Shown piece by piece: positions 1 through 16,010 of a stretch of DNA of 64,000 bases; the first letter of the stretch is position 1, and each line of letters begins with the position of its first letter. The notes beneath the pieces were generated by a model. That model saw nothing but the letters and a program-made list of their open reading frames with translations. It was not told where the DNA came from and made no database searches. The translations under genes and the position numbers were made by a program. Location: NCBI RefSeq assembly GCF_009914755.1, contig NC_060926.1. One strand, 5' to 3'. Source of the stretch: the human T2T-CHM13v2.0 reference genome, Homo sapiens.

Positions 1-19
1 AAGATACTTTGCATTCCTT

Positions 20-140
20 ATTTCATACTCAATCTCTGAAGTCTGGTGTATATTTAGCACTTACAGGGCATGTCAGTTAGGACTAGCCACATTCCAAGCC
101 ACATATGGCTAGTGGCTGCCGTGTTGGACAGTGCACATCT
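20..140. mobile_element. MER3/MER33-like hAT-Charlie MITE fragment
   Basis: 'ggactagccacattccaagccacatatggctagtggctgccgtgttggacagtgca' resembles the MER3/MER33 end, followed by a TCTAGA-type target site. Confidence 0.6.
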
Positions 141-298
141 AGACCACTTACTTAGCACTTTTCACTTCCTGCCTCATAGTGTTAGTCACACTGGTTTTAC
201 ATGTCCTTATCATTATCATATTCAATTGTTGAGTGCCTGCTGTACAAAACAGAGTTTGTTCTCCTCCTCCTTTTCAGGGCCTTACCTTGCGGCTTCCA

Positions 299-1616
299 CA
301 GCAGTTTTTAAACCTTTTGTTCTCAAGATACCATTATTCCCTTAAAAATTGTTGACAAACCCAAGGAAAGTTTGTGTATTACTGTTTTGGATGAAATTTT
401 TATTTACTGTGTTAAAACTTAAATCTGAGAAAAAATTAAAATATGTATTTATTCCTTCAAAATGACAATAATAAACCCACTCCATGTTAAACATGTTTTA
501 AGAAAAACAAATATATCTTCCAACATGAAAAACGTAATGAGAAGAGTGGCATTTTAAAAATCTCTTTAATGTCTGGTTTGAGAGAAGACAGCTGGATTCT
601 CATATCTGTTTCTGCATTTAATCTGCTGCAAAGTATTATTTTGGTTGACATATTTGAAGAAAGTATGGACTCACACATTTATGTAGTTGGAAAAGGGGAG
701 TATTATAATGACCTTTTCAAATAATTATTCTTCTTTGATACCACATCAAAACTCAATGAGTGGTAGTTTCTGAAGGGCTAGTTGCATTGTGAAATCCGAA
801 ACCTTATCAACATATACTTTATGTATACTTTATGTAAACATATACTTTATGTATACTGTTACATTCAAATCTTTTGTTGTATATATTTTGAATGAAACTA
901 TTACCCACAAATTATTTTGCAATGTCAGACACTGGTCATTTAAAAAACATTGGTCCACTGAAGTATGCAGATTTTCTAAATGCTGCCTACTTCATCATAC
1001 AATGAATACAACATTTCATCATACAGTGTTCAGAAATTCATGTCAGGTAATATCAATGTTGATCTCATCATGTAAGTATTTTAAATACTGGGAAGCAGTC
1101 AAGCTCAAATTCTAATTTTTGCTTGAAAGCTCAGTTTTATTATTGGCAGCAGATACTACCAGTTGTTTTCCTTAAAGTGACAGGCTCGTCTTGGCAACTC
1201 AAACAATCACGCAAGTGCTTTTCCTCGAGATGACCATCATCCTTTAATATGTGCCTTTTCCGTTTCATCACAAAGAATATTAAAAAGACGTGTACTTAAG
1301 GTCTGAGATTTAATAAAATTAATAATTTTTACTGCTTCATCAAAAACATTCTTAAGTCAAACTGGCATTTTATTGTAAGTGCATGGTGGTGAAATATACA
1401 ACTGCTAGTATAATTTGGCACCACTTCCTTGCTTTGTGCTAAGGCCCCAACAGTTTCACCCACCTTTGCTTTGGTACCATTGGTGCAAATGTCAGCAGAG
1501 TGAAAAGACAAAACTGTATTAGTATTATTATAAAAATAGTTTAACCTTGCAGATGCTCTAAAAAGATCTCGGGGACCACTCCCAGGGATCTGCAGGTAAC
1601 ACTTAGAGAACCTCTG
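299..1616 (-). mobile_element. Charlie1-family (Charlie1a-like) hAT DNA transposon, non-autonomous
   Basis: Imperfect terminal inverted repeats: cagcagtttttaaac at 299 and revcomp cagaggttctctaa ending at 1616. Minus ORF 487-678 contains SRLNAETDMRIQLSSLKPDIKEIFK, resembling the Charlie transposase C-terminus. Confidence 0.8.
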
Positions 1617-2089
1617 CTCTATTTGCCATATGCTGCCAACTGTAACTCGTTTATCCAGAGATGTCTATCATGAGGGACTCTCTGCCCAAATACGCACTTT
1701 TTTCTTGGTTAAATCTTCTGCCTTGAACCTCTGTCTTCCTTCTGTATTTCAGGAGTGGAGGAAGACATCTAAGAAAGGGCGCTTCTATGTCCAATTTGTT
1801 TCTCTTTTTTAGAATCAAAACTAAATAAGCAGGTCTGCAGTTTCTTGACCCTACACTGGCCCTGGCCTTGTCAGTCCCTCAGAGACAAAGACATAAAAAA
1901 ATTCGAAGTAAAATGAAGAACAAACAAAATGCTAAAATGAAACCCCTGGAAGGTTTTCCAAATTCAAAGGCCCCCACAGATTCCTGTCTCCTTTCTCAAA
2001 CAGCCACCCAGTTGCCCTGGTGATAAGCCCTATATCTAATTTTTTGCTGCATCATGCTAAGAAGAAAATCCCAGATTAAAGACTTTCAG

Positions 2090-2290
2090 AAAAGTAGCTT
2101 CTAGTTCTGGTGTGTCAATTTCTAGTGGCACAAAGTTGTATAAGTTACCTAACTTCTCTAACCCCAAAACTCCCTGTCTATAAAAGTGGGGATATTATGT
2201 CCCACCTGAAATTGCTGGGAAAAGTCAAAGATATAATGTAAGAAATGGGATCAGGTTAAATGCTGAATCAATAGCTGTTAATAATAGAAT
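2090..2290 (+). mobile_element. MIR SINE (degenerate)
   Basis: MIR core-like 'aagttacctaacttctctaacccc...ctgtctataaaagtggggatatt'. Confidence 0.6.
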
Positions 2291-2949
2291 AATAAACAAG
2301 TTATGGGTAACTTTGGCACTCACCAGGTTAACCCTCCAGCTTCCCTGCCACCTTGCTGTACAGAGCGGAAATGGAGATGAAGAGAGTCTGGGTGGGATAG
2401 GCAGGTTCACAGTTGTAAATAGAAGACAGGGTGGATTCAAAATCGGTTCTGATTGTGCTTTTCCCACTCTGCCCAGTGGAGCTGCTTTTGTGGGAAACAG
2501 AGAGAGGAAGAGAGAGGATATCACTCTTGCCGCTGTAAGGGAGGTAAACCAGCTCCACCTTCTCCCAATTTTTGTACAAAGAATATAAACATTTGCTAGT
2601 TTCAGTTTTGTGATATCACCATACTTCTCCTCTCCCCTCTTAAGTGTTCTGAGGAAACTGGGGTGAGCTGGAGTTGGAGGTTGGACAGACAATATGTACA
2701 CGCAGAAAGATGCGTTGAGTTCCCTGGTTGCATATGCTAGTACCACATGAGTGGGACAGCAAGGATTATTGGGATAAGATGGCCTGGTGTGAATCTCATC
2801 GACTCATCTGTGTGCAGGTTGCTCTAGCTCCATCAGAACAGGAACATTGTCTTGTAAAAGGGTTTAATATCAATCTTGCTAATTTTCTGAAGTCCAGTTC
2901 CCATTGACTCTGCTCCCTCTACTGCCATCTCAGAAGCATTGCAATTTAC

Positions 2950-3185
2950 AAATCATAGTCATATACCTCCATGCCAGACATAGTGCCAAGAACTTCACAT
3001 GCATTGTTTTAGTTAATCCTCACAGCACTCCATAGGATTAAATATCATGATTATCTCCAATTGGCAGATAAGGGGACAGAGGTTTAGTGAGCTTTAGTGA
3101 GGCTTATCAGAGGTAAGGACAGATTTGGGATTCAAACTAAGGACTGTCTGAGCTCCAGAAACAAAGCCCATAACCATTCTGCTTT
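2950..3185 (-). mobile_element. MIR SINE
   Basis: 'ttaatcctcacagcac...attatctccaattggcagataaggggacagagg...gggattcaaac'. Confidence 0.7.
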
Positions 3186-3296
3186 ACTAAAAATCTTATC
3201 TGCTCTTATGAGAAAAGCAATAACTTGCTCAGAGAGCTATAGAGGAAATAAGTTTGATGACTTAAACATGAATTCCAAAAAAGAGAGGATCATTGC

Positions 3297-3495
3297 ATAG
3301 TCCAATCTTTTGGCTTCCCTGGGCCACATTGAAAGAATTGTCTTGGGCCACACATAAAACACACTAACGCTAACAATAGCTGATGAGCTTTAAAACAATC
3401 TCATAACGTTTTAAGAAGTTTAAGAGTTTGTGTTGGGCCGCACTCAAAGCTGTCCTGGGCCATATGCAGCCCATGGGCTGGACACACTTTGTCTA
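3297..3495. mobile_element. MER30 hAT-Charlie MITE
   Basis: 'tccaatcttttggcttccctgggccacattgaaagaattgtcttgggccacacataaaacacactaac' matches recalled MER30. Confidence 0.8.
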
Positions 3496-3496
3496 C

Positions 3497-5700
3497 AGTT
3501 TTCTTTTCTTGTAATGTCTTCTGGAAGCTTGGGTAGAATTGGTATTATTTCTTCCTTAAATGTTTGAAAAAAAAATCACCAGTGAAGTAATCTCTGACTG
3601 GAGTTTTTTTCTGGTGGGAAATTTTTAAACTACAAATTCAATTTATTAGATCTAGGACTACTTAGGTTACCTATTTTCTCTTGAGTGAGCTTTGCCGGTT
3701 TCTGTCTTTCAAAGAATTTATATATTTCATCTAAGCTGTTATTATATACATAAAGTTGTTTATAATATTCCCTTTTAGCAAGTTATTCTTTTAATTCCCT
3801 TTTATCCCAGTTATTCTTTTAATAGCTGGAAAATCTGTAATAATCTTACCTCTCTCCACTCTGATATTGGTAGTTTGTGTCTTCTTTTTCCCCCCCCAGG
3901 ACAGTTTTACTAAAAGTTTATCAATTTTATTTATATTCTCAAAGAACAAACTTTTGGTTTCATGGATTTTTTTCTATTGTGTTTCTGCCTTCTGTTTCAT
4001 TGACTTCTACTCTTCGTTTCCTTTTATTTACTTCTGTTTCAGTTTGCTTTCTTTCTCATATATATATATATATTTTTTTGAGACAGAGTCTCGCTTTGTC
4101 ACCCAGGCTGGAGTGCAGTGGCACAATCTCGGCTCACTGCAACCTCTGCCTCCCGGTTTCAAGTGATTCTCCTGCCTCAGCCTCTGAGTAGCTGGGATTA
4201 CAGGCACGCACCACCACGCCCAGTTAATTTTTGTATTTTTAGTAGAGACAGGGTTTCACCATGTTGGCCAGGCTGGTCTGGAATGCCTGACTTCGTGATC
4301 TGCCTGCCTCGGCCTCCCAAAGTGCTGAGATTACAGGTCTTATATATTTTAAGGCAGAAACTTAGGTCATTGATTGGATCTTTCTTCTTTCCTGATATAA
4401 GCATCTGCATATTTCTTCCTTTCCATTGCTTAAACTACATCAAACAAATTTTGATATGCTGTATTTTAATTTTCATTTATTCTACTTAAAATTTCCCTTG
4501 TGATTTCTTCTTTGATTTATGTTTGGGTTTTAATTAATTAATTAATTAATTAGAATTGTGACTTTTGTTTTCCAAACATTTGGATCATTTTCCAATATTT
4601 TCCTCATATCCATTTTTAATTTAATTCCATTGTGGTTAGATAACATACTTTTTTGTTATTTGAATTATTTAAAATTTATTGAGTCTTGATCTATGGCTGA
4701 GAATGTTTTGGTCGATGTTTAGGACACTTAAAAGAATGTCTTCTCTGCTCCTGTTGGGTGAAGAGTTTTTGCAATCTCAGTGAGGTCAAGTTGGTTGATA
4801 GTATTATTCAAGTCTTCTATATCATTCCTGATTTTCTTCCCATTTATTCAATCTATTATCAGAGGAATATTTAAATCTTCAGCTATAATCCTGGATTTGT
4901 CTGTCTTCTTTCAGTTCTTTCACATTTCATTGCATGTATTTTGAAGCTCTGTTATTAGATGCATAAACATTTATAATTGTTTTGTCCTTTTGATGATTTT
5001 CCTTTTATTTTTATGAAATGACCCTTGTTATCTCTGTTAATATTTTTGGCTCTGAAGTCTACTTTGTTTTATATTTATATAGCCACTGCAGGTGTCTATG
5101 ATTAGTGTGAGCATGATATATCATTTTCCCAATATTTTACTTTTTACTTATTTATTTATATTTGAAATGTGTTTCTTGTCTGTAGTATATAATTGGGTCT
5201 TGCTTTTTTATCCAATTTAACAATTTCTAATTTCTGCTTTCATCAAGTATAAAGAGCTTTTTCCACTCTGGCTGTTGAGAATATAAATTATGCCTAGCCT
5301 TGTGTGAGCTCCAGAAATTTTTCCACCTGCTCCTCTTTAGTGAGTCCTCCCCACATCTTTGAGTAGTTCCTTTGCAAACATGGACTATTCAGTACTCAGC
5401 TGAAGAATCAAGGGGAGCCCTTTGCAGTCTTCTTCCTGGTACTCTGCCCCGTAAATTCTGACCAAACTCTCAACTCTGCCTCTTCAACTCTGAGAGAATG
5501 CCAGGCTCTATTTGAGCTTCCTCTTTCTGTGCTGGAGCTTGGAAACTTTCTCCAGAAAGTAAGCTATGAGAATCATAAAGATTGCCTCATTTGTTCACTT
5601 CTCTTGCACTGCCTATTTGTCAATTTCTGAAAAATCATTGTTTCACGGTTTTTGTTTGTTTGCTTAGCTGTGTGTTTAACATGAGCAGGTAATCCACTAG
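3497..5700 (-). mobile_element. Old L1M LINE fragments (antisense), interrupted by an Alu
   Basis: T-rich L1-antisense motifs such as 'ttctcaaagaacaaacttttggtttcat', 'ttaattccattgtggttaga', 'tattttgaagctctgttattag'. Confidence 0.7.
4074..4337 (-). mobile_element. AluS (slightly 5'-truncated) with (TA)n at the tail
   Basis: Alu dimer revcomp 'gagacagagtctcgc...cccaaagtgctgagattacagg'; tctcatatat/tcttatatat flanks may be a TSD. Confidence 0.93.
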
Positions 5701-5704
5701 GGAA

Positions 5705-5868
5705 GGGTTGCCAGATTTAGCAAAACAAAATAAGACTGCCAGTTAAATTTGAATGTCAGACCAATAACGAATAATTTTTTCAGTCTATATATGACCTGCA
5801 TTTATAGTATAAGTATGTTTGAAATTCAAATTTCAGTGGGCTTCCAGGATTTTTATCTGGAAACCCTA
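5705..5868. mobile_element. MER53 palindromic MITE
   Basis: 'agggttgccagatttagcaaaacaaaa...cagttaaatttgaat' ... 'ttttatctggaaacccta' form inverted ends. Confidence 0.75.
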
Positions 5869-6880
5869 ATCCCTGTTAATCTATTATGTCCAAAAGCAGA
5901 AGTCCCCTGAGACTCTTTTAGGTGCTAGAGCTTGTAGTTGTTGGAAATTATTCAATTCAGTGTGAAATATTTACTGAGCTCATACATCACAATGAGAATA
6001 ATTTAGGGTTGAATTGGCAGAGAAGACAAAATAAGCATATGAAATTAATAATGCTCAGTTGAATGGCAATGCCAAATGTAAATGCCGCAGGAATTCAGAA
6101 GAATGACCACAATGAACTGAAGTGGTCAGAAAAAGCCAGAAGATGAGATTAATAAAAAAAGTGAAGGATGAAAGAACTGTATTCAGGTATGGAGAAGAAC
6201 AGTGATGCTCAGCCTGCTTAAAAAAAGGCCGATCCTGATCCAGGACTAAGATCGGCACCCTTCTAGACAGGGAGAAGAATAACCTAAACCAAAGATTTAT
6301 AGAGGGTCATTATAAACAAGATTAGTTGGTATCAGTGTCTCTAAGAATAGCTGTTTAGTTTGCTCATTATGCAAGAGTGACTGGTTGAGGGGGATGAGTG
6401 AGGACTGAAATCTAAACTGAACTTCAATTCCCAAGACATAAGCATTGGTGCAGGGCTGCAGCCAATTGGAGGAAGAAATGATTTTTCTAACTTGAATGTA
6501 CCTTGTGGGGCATCTGAGGTCTTGGTGGGAACTTCAGTGTCTTCCTTCTGAGTAGCTGTGATATGATGACTTCTGTAACTTGACCCAGACTTTTTAGTGC
6601 TAGAGTCACTATGGGGAGAGATGGGTGGAGAAGTTAGAAGATACATCATCTCTGAACTGTGAGCATTCTGTACTGGGCTATTGTGCAGAAGAGGGTGAGA
6701 AGGGACAGGATGAAATTGGTTTTATAGTTGGGGGGAACAAAGTAGGTGAAGGGAGATGGAGCTGATAGGGCTTTAGATGAATATGTGATAGAACACCTCC
6801 GAAGTTCGGCACCAGCACCCAGAGGTCTGAATATCAATAGTCTGAAATATTGGTGCCATCCAATAAAGAGTGGCCCCTAA

Positions 6881-7316
<436 letters not shown>

Positions 7317-7943
7317 TGAATTTCAATTGTTAGTATAATTCAAAGAACTTAACCACATGCACACACACACATGCACCAAAACACAGTATAGACCCACCAC
7401 ACTGTTCTAACTAAATAATACACATCTATAGGTGTGAATGCTGCTAAATTTCCTTCTCTGTTTGAAAGCAATATTTCCCAGCCCTAATCATCCTGTGCAC
7501 TGTCACTGTTATCTACTGGGAGTCTCCCAAAAATTGGAAAGAAAGGGAAGAGGGAGGAAGAGGAGAACTAAACCAAATATTACTCTTTAGAGCCAGGTGG
7601 GTGAATGTAAGTACTTTGGAGGATGTGAATCCGAACAGTTACTTTCACCCCTCTTATCATTCAGCAGTTTGATCTTTTTAAAAGGATGAGGCAGCATAGG
7701 AACAGCTCCGGTCTATAGCTCCCAGCGTGATTGATGCAGAAGACGGGTGATTTCTGCATTTCCAACTGAGGTACAGGTTCATCTCATTGGGACTGGTTGG
7801 ACAGTGGGTGCAGCCCACAGAGGACAAGCCGAAGCAGGGTGGGGCGTTGCCTCACCCAGGAAGTGCAAGGGGTCAGGGGATTTCCTTTTCCTAGCCAAGG
7901 GAAGCTGTAACAAACTGTACTTGGAAAAATGGGACACTCTAGC

Positions 7944-8111
7944 TCAAATACTGCGCTTTGCCCATGGTCTTAGCAACTGGCAGACCAGGAGATTCTCTCC
8001 CATGCCTGGCTCAGCAGGTCCCACACCCACAGAGCCTTGCTCATTGCTAGCACAGCAGTCTGAGATCGACCTGCAAGGCAACAGCCTGGCAAGGGGAGGG
8101 GCGCCCACCAT
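7944..8111 (-). other. L1 ORF0 homologue (55 aa) in the antisense 5'UTR
   Basis: Manual translation MVGAPPLARLLPCRSISDCCASNEQGSVGVGPAEPGMGENLLVCQLLRPWAKRSI*, versus L1HS ORF0 MAGAPPPASLPPCSLISDCCASNQRDSVGVGPSEPG... Confidence 0.8.
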
Positions 8112-8709
8112 TGCTGAGGCTTGAGTAGGTAAACAAAGCGGCCGGGAAGCTCAAACTGAGCAAAGCCCACCACAGCTCAGCAAGGCCTCTGCCTCTATAG
8201 ACTCCACCACTATGGGTAGGGCATAGCTGAACAAAAGGCAGCAGAAACTTCTGCAGACTTAAACATCCCTGTCTGACAGCTCTGAAGAGAGCAGTGGTTC
8301 TCCCAGCATGGCGTTTGAGCTCTGAGAACGGACAGACTGCCTCCTCAAGTGGGTCCCTGAACCCTGTGTAGCCTAACTGGGAGACACCTCCCAGTAGGGG
8401 CTGATAGACACCTCATACAGATGGGTGCCCCTCTGGGATGAAGCTTCCAGAGGAAGGATCAGGCAGCAAAAGTGTCTGTTCTGCAATATTTGCTGTTCTT
8501 CAGCCTCCGCTGGTGATACCCAGGCAAACAGGGTCTGGAGTGGACCTGCAGCAAACTCCAACAGACCTGCACCTGAGGAACCTGACTGTGAGAAGGAAAA
8601 CTAACGAAGAGAAAGGAATAGCATCAACATCAACAAAAAGGACATCCACACCAAAACCCCATCTGTAGGTCACCAACATCAAAGACCAAAGGTAGATAAA
8701 ACCACAAAG

Positions 8710-9734
8710 ATGGGGAGAAACCAGAGCAGAAAAGCTGAGAATTCTAAAAACCTGAGTGCCTCTTCTCCTACAAAGGATCGCAGCTCCTCTCCAGCAAGGG
8801 AACAAAGCTGGATGGAGAATGACTTTGATGAGTTGACAGAAGTAGGCTTCAGAAGGTCAGTAATAAGAAAGTTCTCTGAGCTAAAGGAGGATATTTGAAC
8901 CCATTGCAAAGAAGCTAAAAACCTTGCAAAAAGGTTAGGCAAAAGGCTAACTAGAATAAACAGTGTGGAGAAGACCTTAAATAACCTGAAGGAGCTGAAA
9001 ACCATGGCAGGAGAACTTCATGATGCATGCACAAGCTTCAATAGCCCATTCGATAAAGTGGAAGAAAGGATATCAGTAATTGAAGATCGTATTAATGAAA
9101 TAAAGCGAGAAGACAAGGTTAGAGAAAAAAGAGTAAAAAGAAACGAACAAAGCCTCCAAGAAATATGGGACTATGTGGAAAGACCAAATCTATGTTTGAT
9201 TGGTGTACCTGAAAGTGACGGGGAGAATGGAACCAAGTTTGAAAATACTCTTCAGGATATTATCCAGGAGAACTTCCGCAATCTAGCAAGGAAGGCCAAC
9301 ATTCAAATTTAGGAAATACAGAGAACACCACAAAGATACTCCTTGACAAGAGCAACCCCAAGACACATAATTTTCAGATTCAGCAAGGTAGAAATGAAGG
9401 AAAAAATATTAAGGGCAGCCAGAGAGAAAGGTCGGGTTACCCACAAAGGGAAGCCCATCAGACTAACAGTGGATCTCTCGGCAGAAACCCTACAAGCCAG
9501 AAGAGAATGGGGGCCAATATTCAACATTCTTAAAGAAAAAATTTTCAACCCAGAATTTCATATCCAGCCAAACTAAGCTTCATAAGTGAAGGAGAAATAA
9601 AATCCTTTACAGACAAGCAAATCCTGAGAGATTTTGTCACCACCAGGCCTGCCTTACAAGAGCTCCTGAAGGAAGCACTAAACATGGAAAGGAACAACTG
9701 GTACCAACCACTGCAAAAACATGCTAAATTGTAA
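8710..9734 (+). pseudogene. L1 ORF1p (disrupted)
   Basis: MGRNQSRKAENSKN..., EQSLQEIWDYVERPNL..., AAREKGRVTHKGKPIRLT...ARREWGPIF; stops at 8896-8898 and 9310-9312 plus a frameshift. Confidence 0.95.
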
Positions 9735-9797
9735 AGACCATCGATGCTAGGAAGAAACTGCATCAATTAACGGGCAAAATAACCAGCTAACATCATA

Positions 9798-12153
<2,356 letters not shown>

Positions 12154-12392
12154 TAAATGCATGTTTTCCATTTGACTACTGCTTCCATCTTTCTGGGTGG
12201 AGTACAAATTCTCTGTTTTATGCTAGATGAGAGCAATGGTGAATAGTCTTACAACAAAGAACACAGTTTTAAAATGGAAAAGGAAAGCGCTATTTGAACG
12301 ATAGTCAGTCCTTTTGCATAAATTGTTAATGTTGGTCAAATTGCAAAGGACTTCTTTTCCTTAGCCAGTTCTGGAGGCAGGAACTTTAAAAA

Positions 12393-12419
12393 GCACCAGA
12401 GGGCACTATTCTCACGTGA
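12393..12419 (+). promoter_or_regulatory. Candidate CTCF core motif with adjacent palindromic E-box
   Basis: gcaccagagggcact (12393-12407) fits CCASYAGRKGGCRS with one mismatch; tcacgtga at 12412-12419; lies in non-repeat sequence. Confidence 0.5.
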
Positions 12420-14553
12420 AAGCCAACTCTCGGAGCGACTAAAAACCGAAGCTTCTTTTGAGTTTACTATAAGAGAGTGCCTTTCACATTTAAACAAGAC
12501 CAGTATTAGTCTCTAGCCTTTTGGCATCTGTGATTGTGTAATCACTTGTCCTGAGATGTCACAAGGTTTATAGGATTAATAAACTAGACCCCTACCAACT
12601 TGCTCTATGGCTATCGCAAGTGTATCAGTCTTACTTTACACCAGGATGGATGTGGAAGAAGGAGAGAGGATGCAAGCAATAGTACTCATGTGAAAGGATT
12701 GTGAGGATTTATTCTTGGCTTTGTTTAACCTGAGTACCTGAATGGTGACATTGGTCAGATTCATACCTGAGTATTTACTTACAATTTAGATAAAGCCTTT
12801 GTTCCTTAGGTATTTAGGTATGTCAAACTTACACAGGGTGGTGATGACAAGAGATGGCTCAGAGGTCTCTTGCCTGTCTCCAAAATCCACCCTACCACCC
12901 CATATTATCTAGGTAAAGGTGGTTTCTTTGCTATACAACTTTAAGACAAATTCCCTGGCTGTCCCAATAAGTTGCCCCGTTTAACTCCTTTATAGAAATT
13001 CTAGAGCCATGACTGCTTGCTGGTTGGTTTTCCAGAGAATTTTCTCTAATAATCCAATTCATTTCCCATACAAAGGCATAGACTCTGTATTCACTTCCTC
13101 ATTGCTTCAAGGTTTAGAAAAATCCACGAGGAAATCACAAGGGCAGTAGTCATCTATATCAAGTGCTGCTATATATATAAAAGATTAATAAAAATCAGGG
13201 ACAAAAAGATCCATGGTAATGTATCAAAGAGCTATCTATTTAGGCTCCCTTTTAGATGGCATTCAGTCTGCAGATTCTCTCAGAATGGAGAAGCTTGTCA
13301 TGTTTGGCCCTGTCAGAAGCAGCCAGTTAATCAGCTGTAACATGAGACTTTGACAGAACCAACTGCACAGTGGTAGCTTGTACTGTGAGTGCATTGTCCT
13401 CTCACCCACACTCTGCAATACTGCCCCATTGTAAACAAGATGTCTGGCTTAAATGGGATATCCTCTAAAAGTATTTAGGCTAAAACAGAAGCTGACATCA
13501 TACGGGAAAGCTGCGTTCCCTCTGTTTGTATTTCTAACTTCCTATACTATTCCCAGAGAATTCCAGTGGATGTTGCTTAATAATGATAACAATGGATTAC
13601 ATACAGGTTGGCAAAGGTGGCAAAATTATTAGATCATCCAGTCAATTGGTCTTCCCAGCAAAGGGCAGAATCTCCAGATAGGGAATCTAACACTTCATTT
13701 AAGGCAACGGGCCAAGTAGTAGGAACCACACTGACTTTGTTGTCTTCTCTGCAATACTGCCAGAGCATTGAATCTATTTTAGTTGGCTGTACTTGTGCCC
13801 TACTTAATTCCTTAAACACGAGCTTCCAACACAGTGTTGCTCTTTCCTTTGGAGATAACCAGTGGAGTAAATGCTATCTGGTGGAAGGCAATTAACTCTT
13901 GTAAATGATGCCTGTGCAAAACCCAAGGTCTTGTTACCACTGAGAACACCTTGACAAGACAAGGCCAACACAGGAGAAAAGTCCTAAAGAGTCGTCCTGT
14001 GGAGAGTCTCTCACCTTTGCTGTGTACTGTATTGTATAAACCCTGGCTCAGAAAGGGCTATTGTTTCAGGCTTATTTATTCACCTGATGGAATTTATTCA
14101 ATAGCACAGCTGAAACACTTCGTTTCTCACCTCTGGGTTTTGGTCTTTATAATAACCTTATTCCTGGATATATTTTCTTCTTATGTTCAAATATATGGCT
14201 AATTCAAATTCTCAAAGTGGATTTTATAATATCTGGGAGTAAGACACAAATTATCCAGAATGGGTGCTGGATACCTACTTCACTTTGGTCTTTGTTGTCA
14301 AGAAACCAGAAGTCTCAATCTAGCACTTTATTCTTACAGTGACTCATACTTTTGGACCGGTGTTAGGACCCAGTCTCTCTGACTCTCTCTCTTTGGGAAT
14401 TGTGTACGGTAAAAACCATGTAGGCCTGAAGCTTTCAGTGGCCTCTTCCCTTGTCTATAAAAGACATTATTGAGTAAAACCCACATATGTCACTAGATCT
14501 AGTCATATCTTTGTACCCTTGATTAATACAATGTAAGATAGTACCAAACTATG

Positions 14554-14877
<324 letters not shown>

Positions 14878-15468
14878 CTATGGACTAGAGAGAAGGACAG
14901 AGAACCCCAGAAAGAGAGCAACAGACAAACAGTAGAGTGGTTATAAAGAAGCTGTGTTCAAACTTATGAGGAGTATGACTTACTTCACAGAGTACTTGAT
15001 GAATTGGTTGAAGCCTTTGCTGGGTTACATCTGTTACTCTTTAGCGTTTCTTGGGGAACTAAGGAAGTGCCAGGACACTGGGAAAAGAGCCAGCATAAAA
15101 TGGTTGTGTAATAAAAGGGTAAAAGGTTTAGTTCTGAAAATTAAAGACCTCTAAGCTCAACTTTTATAGCAAGGGAAAAAAATTGTCACACTGAATAAAT
15201 AATGGGAATAGAACAAGATACTGACTTCACATGAACAACATTTCCCGTCAGACTAATCTAACAATTTAATCTATTGACAAAGGATAGGTAAATTGTATCT
15301 GTGGATTAGAGCTGGGACCAGAGGTATCTGGGAGCACAGATACAGAGCTAAGCCTAAGAAACCATGGCAAGACTGGAGTCTCAAAGCAGGAACAAAGGAG
15401 GTAGAGGTCAGAGATGGGGACAGACCTGGAACCAGGGGCCTAATGCCCAGATAATAAGATGATGTAGG

Positions 15469-15774
<306 letters not shown>

Positions 15775-15904
15775 CTAGGATTTTGTGCCATTTTCTGTTC
15801 CTTAAAAAATTGAATTTCCAGGCATGAGCCTGTGAAGATTGTTTAATTCCTTTGAGAACCTGAGCCCATCATTCAAAGAACTGTCACTCAGTGACAGTAT
15901 CATT

Positions 15905-16010
15905 TCTTCATTCTTTATTCATTCATTCACTCATTCACCAAATACATATCAAATGCCTTATTTTTGTAAGGTAATTTACTAGGAGTAAATAAAATAAAAA
16001 TGATGGACAT
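15905..16010 (-). mobile_element. L2 3'-end fragment
   Basis: (TTCA)n followed by 'caccaaatacatatcaaatgcctta'. Confidence 0.5.

Noticed and set aside
291-1624. 8-bp TSD around Charlie1
   Set aside because: The flanks (ggcttcca vs ctctattt) do not match; too decayed to claim.
2225-2746. 173-aa minus ORF, and similar 100-170-aa ORFs such as 35075-35578, 50214-50624 and 59938-60339
   Set aside because: No recognisable domain; they overlap MIR, L1 or Alu sequence or have chance-like composition, often with non-ATG starts.
3867-4489. ORFs containing '[14 protein letters not shown]' or 'LSPRLECSG' (also at about 7.0, 15.5, 26.6, 36.7, 43.8, 48.9, 52.2 and 54.7 kb)
   Set aside because: These are standard antisense-Alu translations, not genes.
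4529-4552. (TTAA)n palindromic run as a piggyBac footprint
   Set aside because: It is a short simple repeat within L1-derived AT-rich DNA, with no transposon ends.
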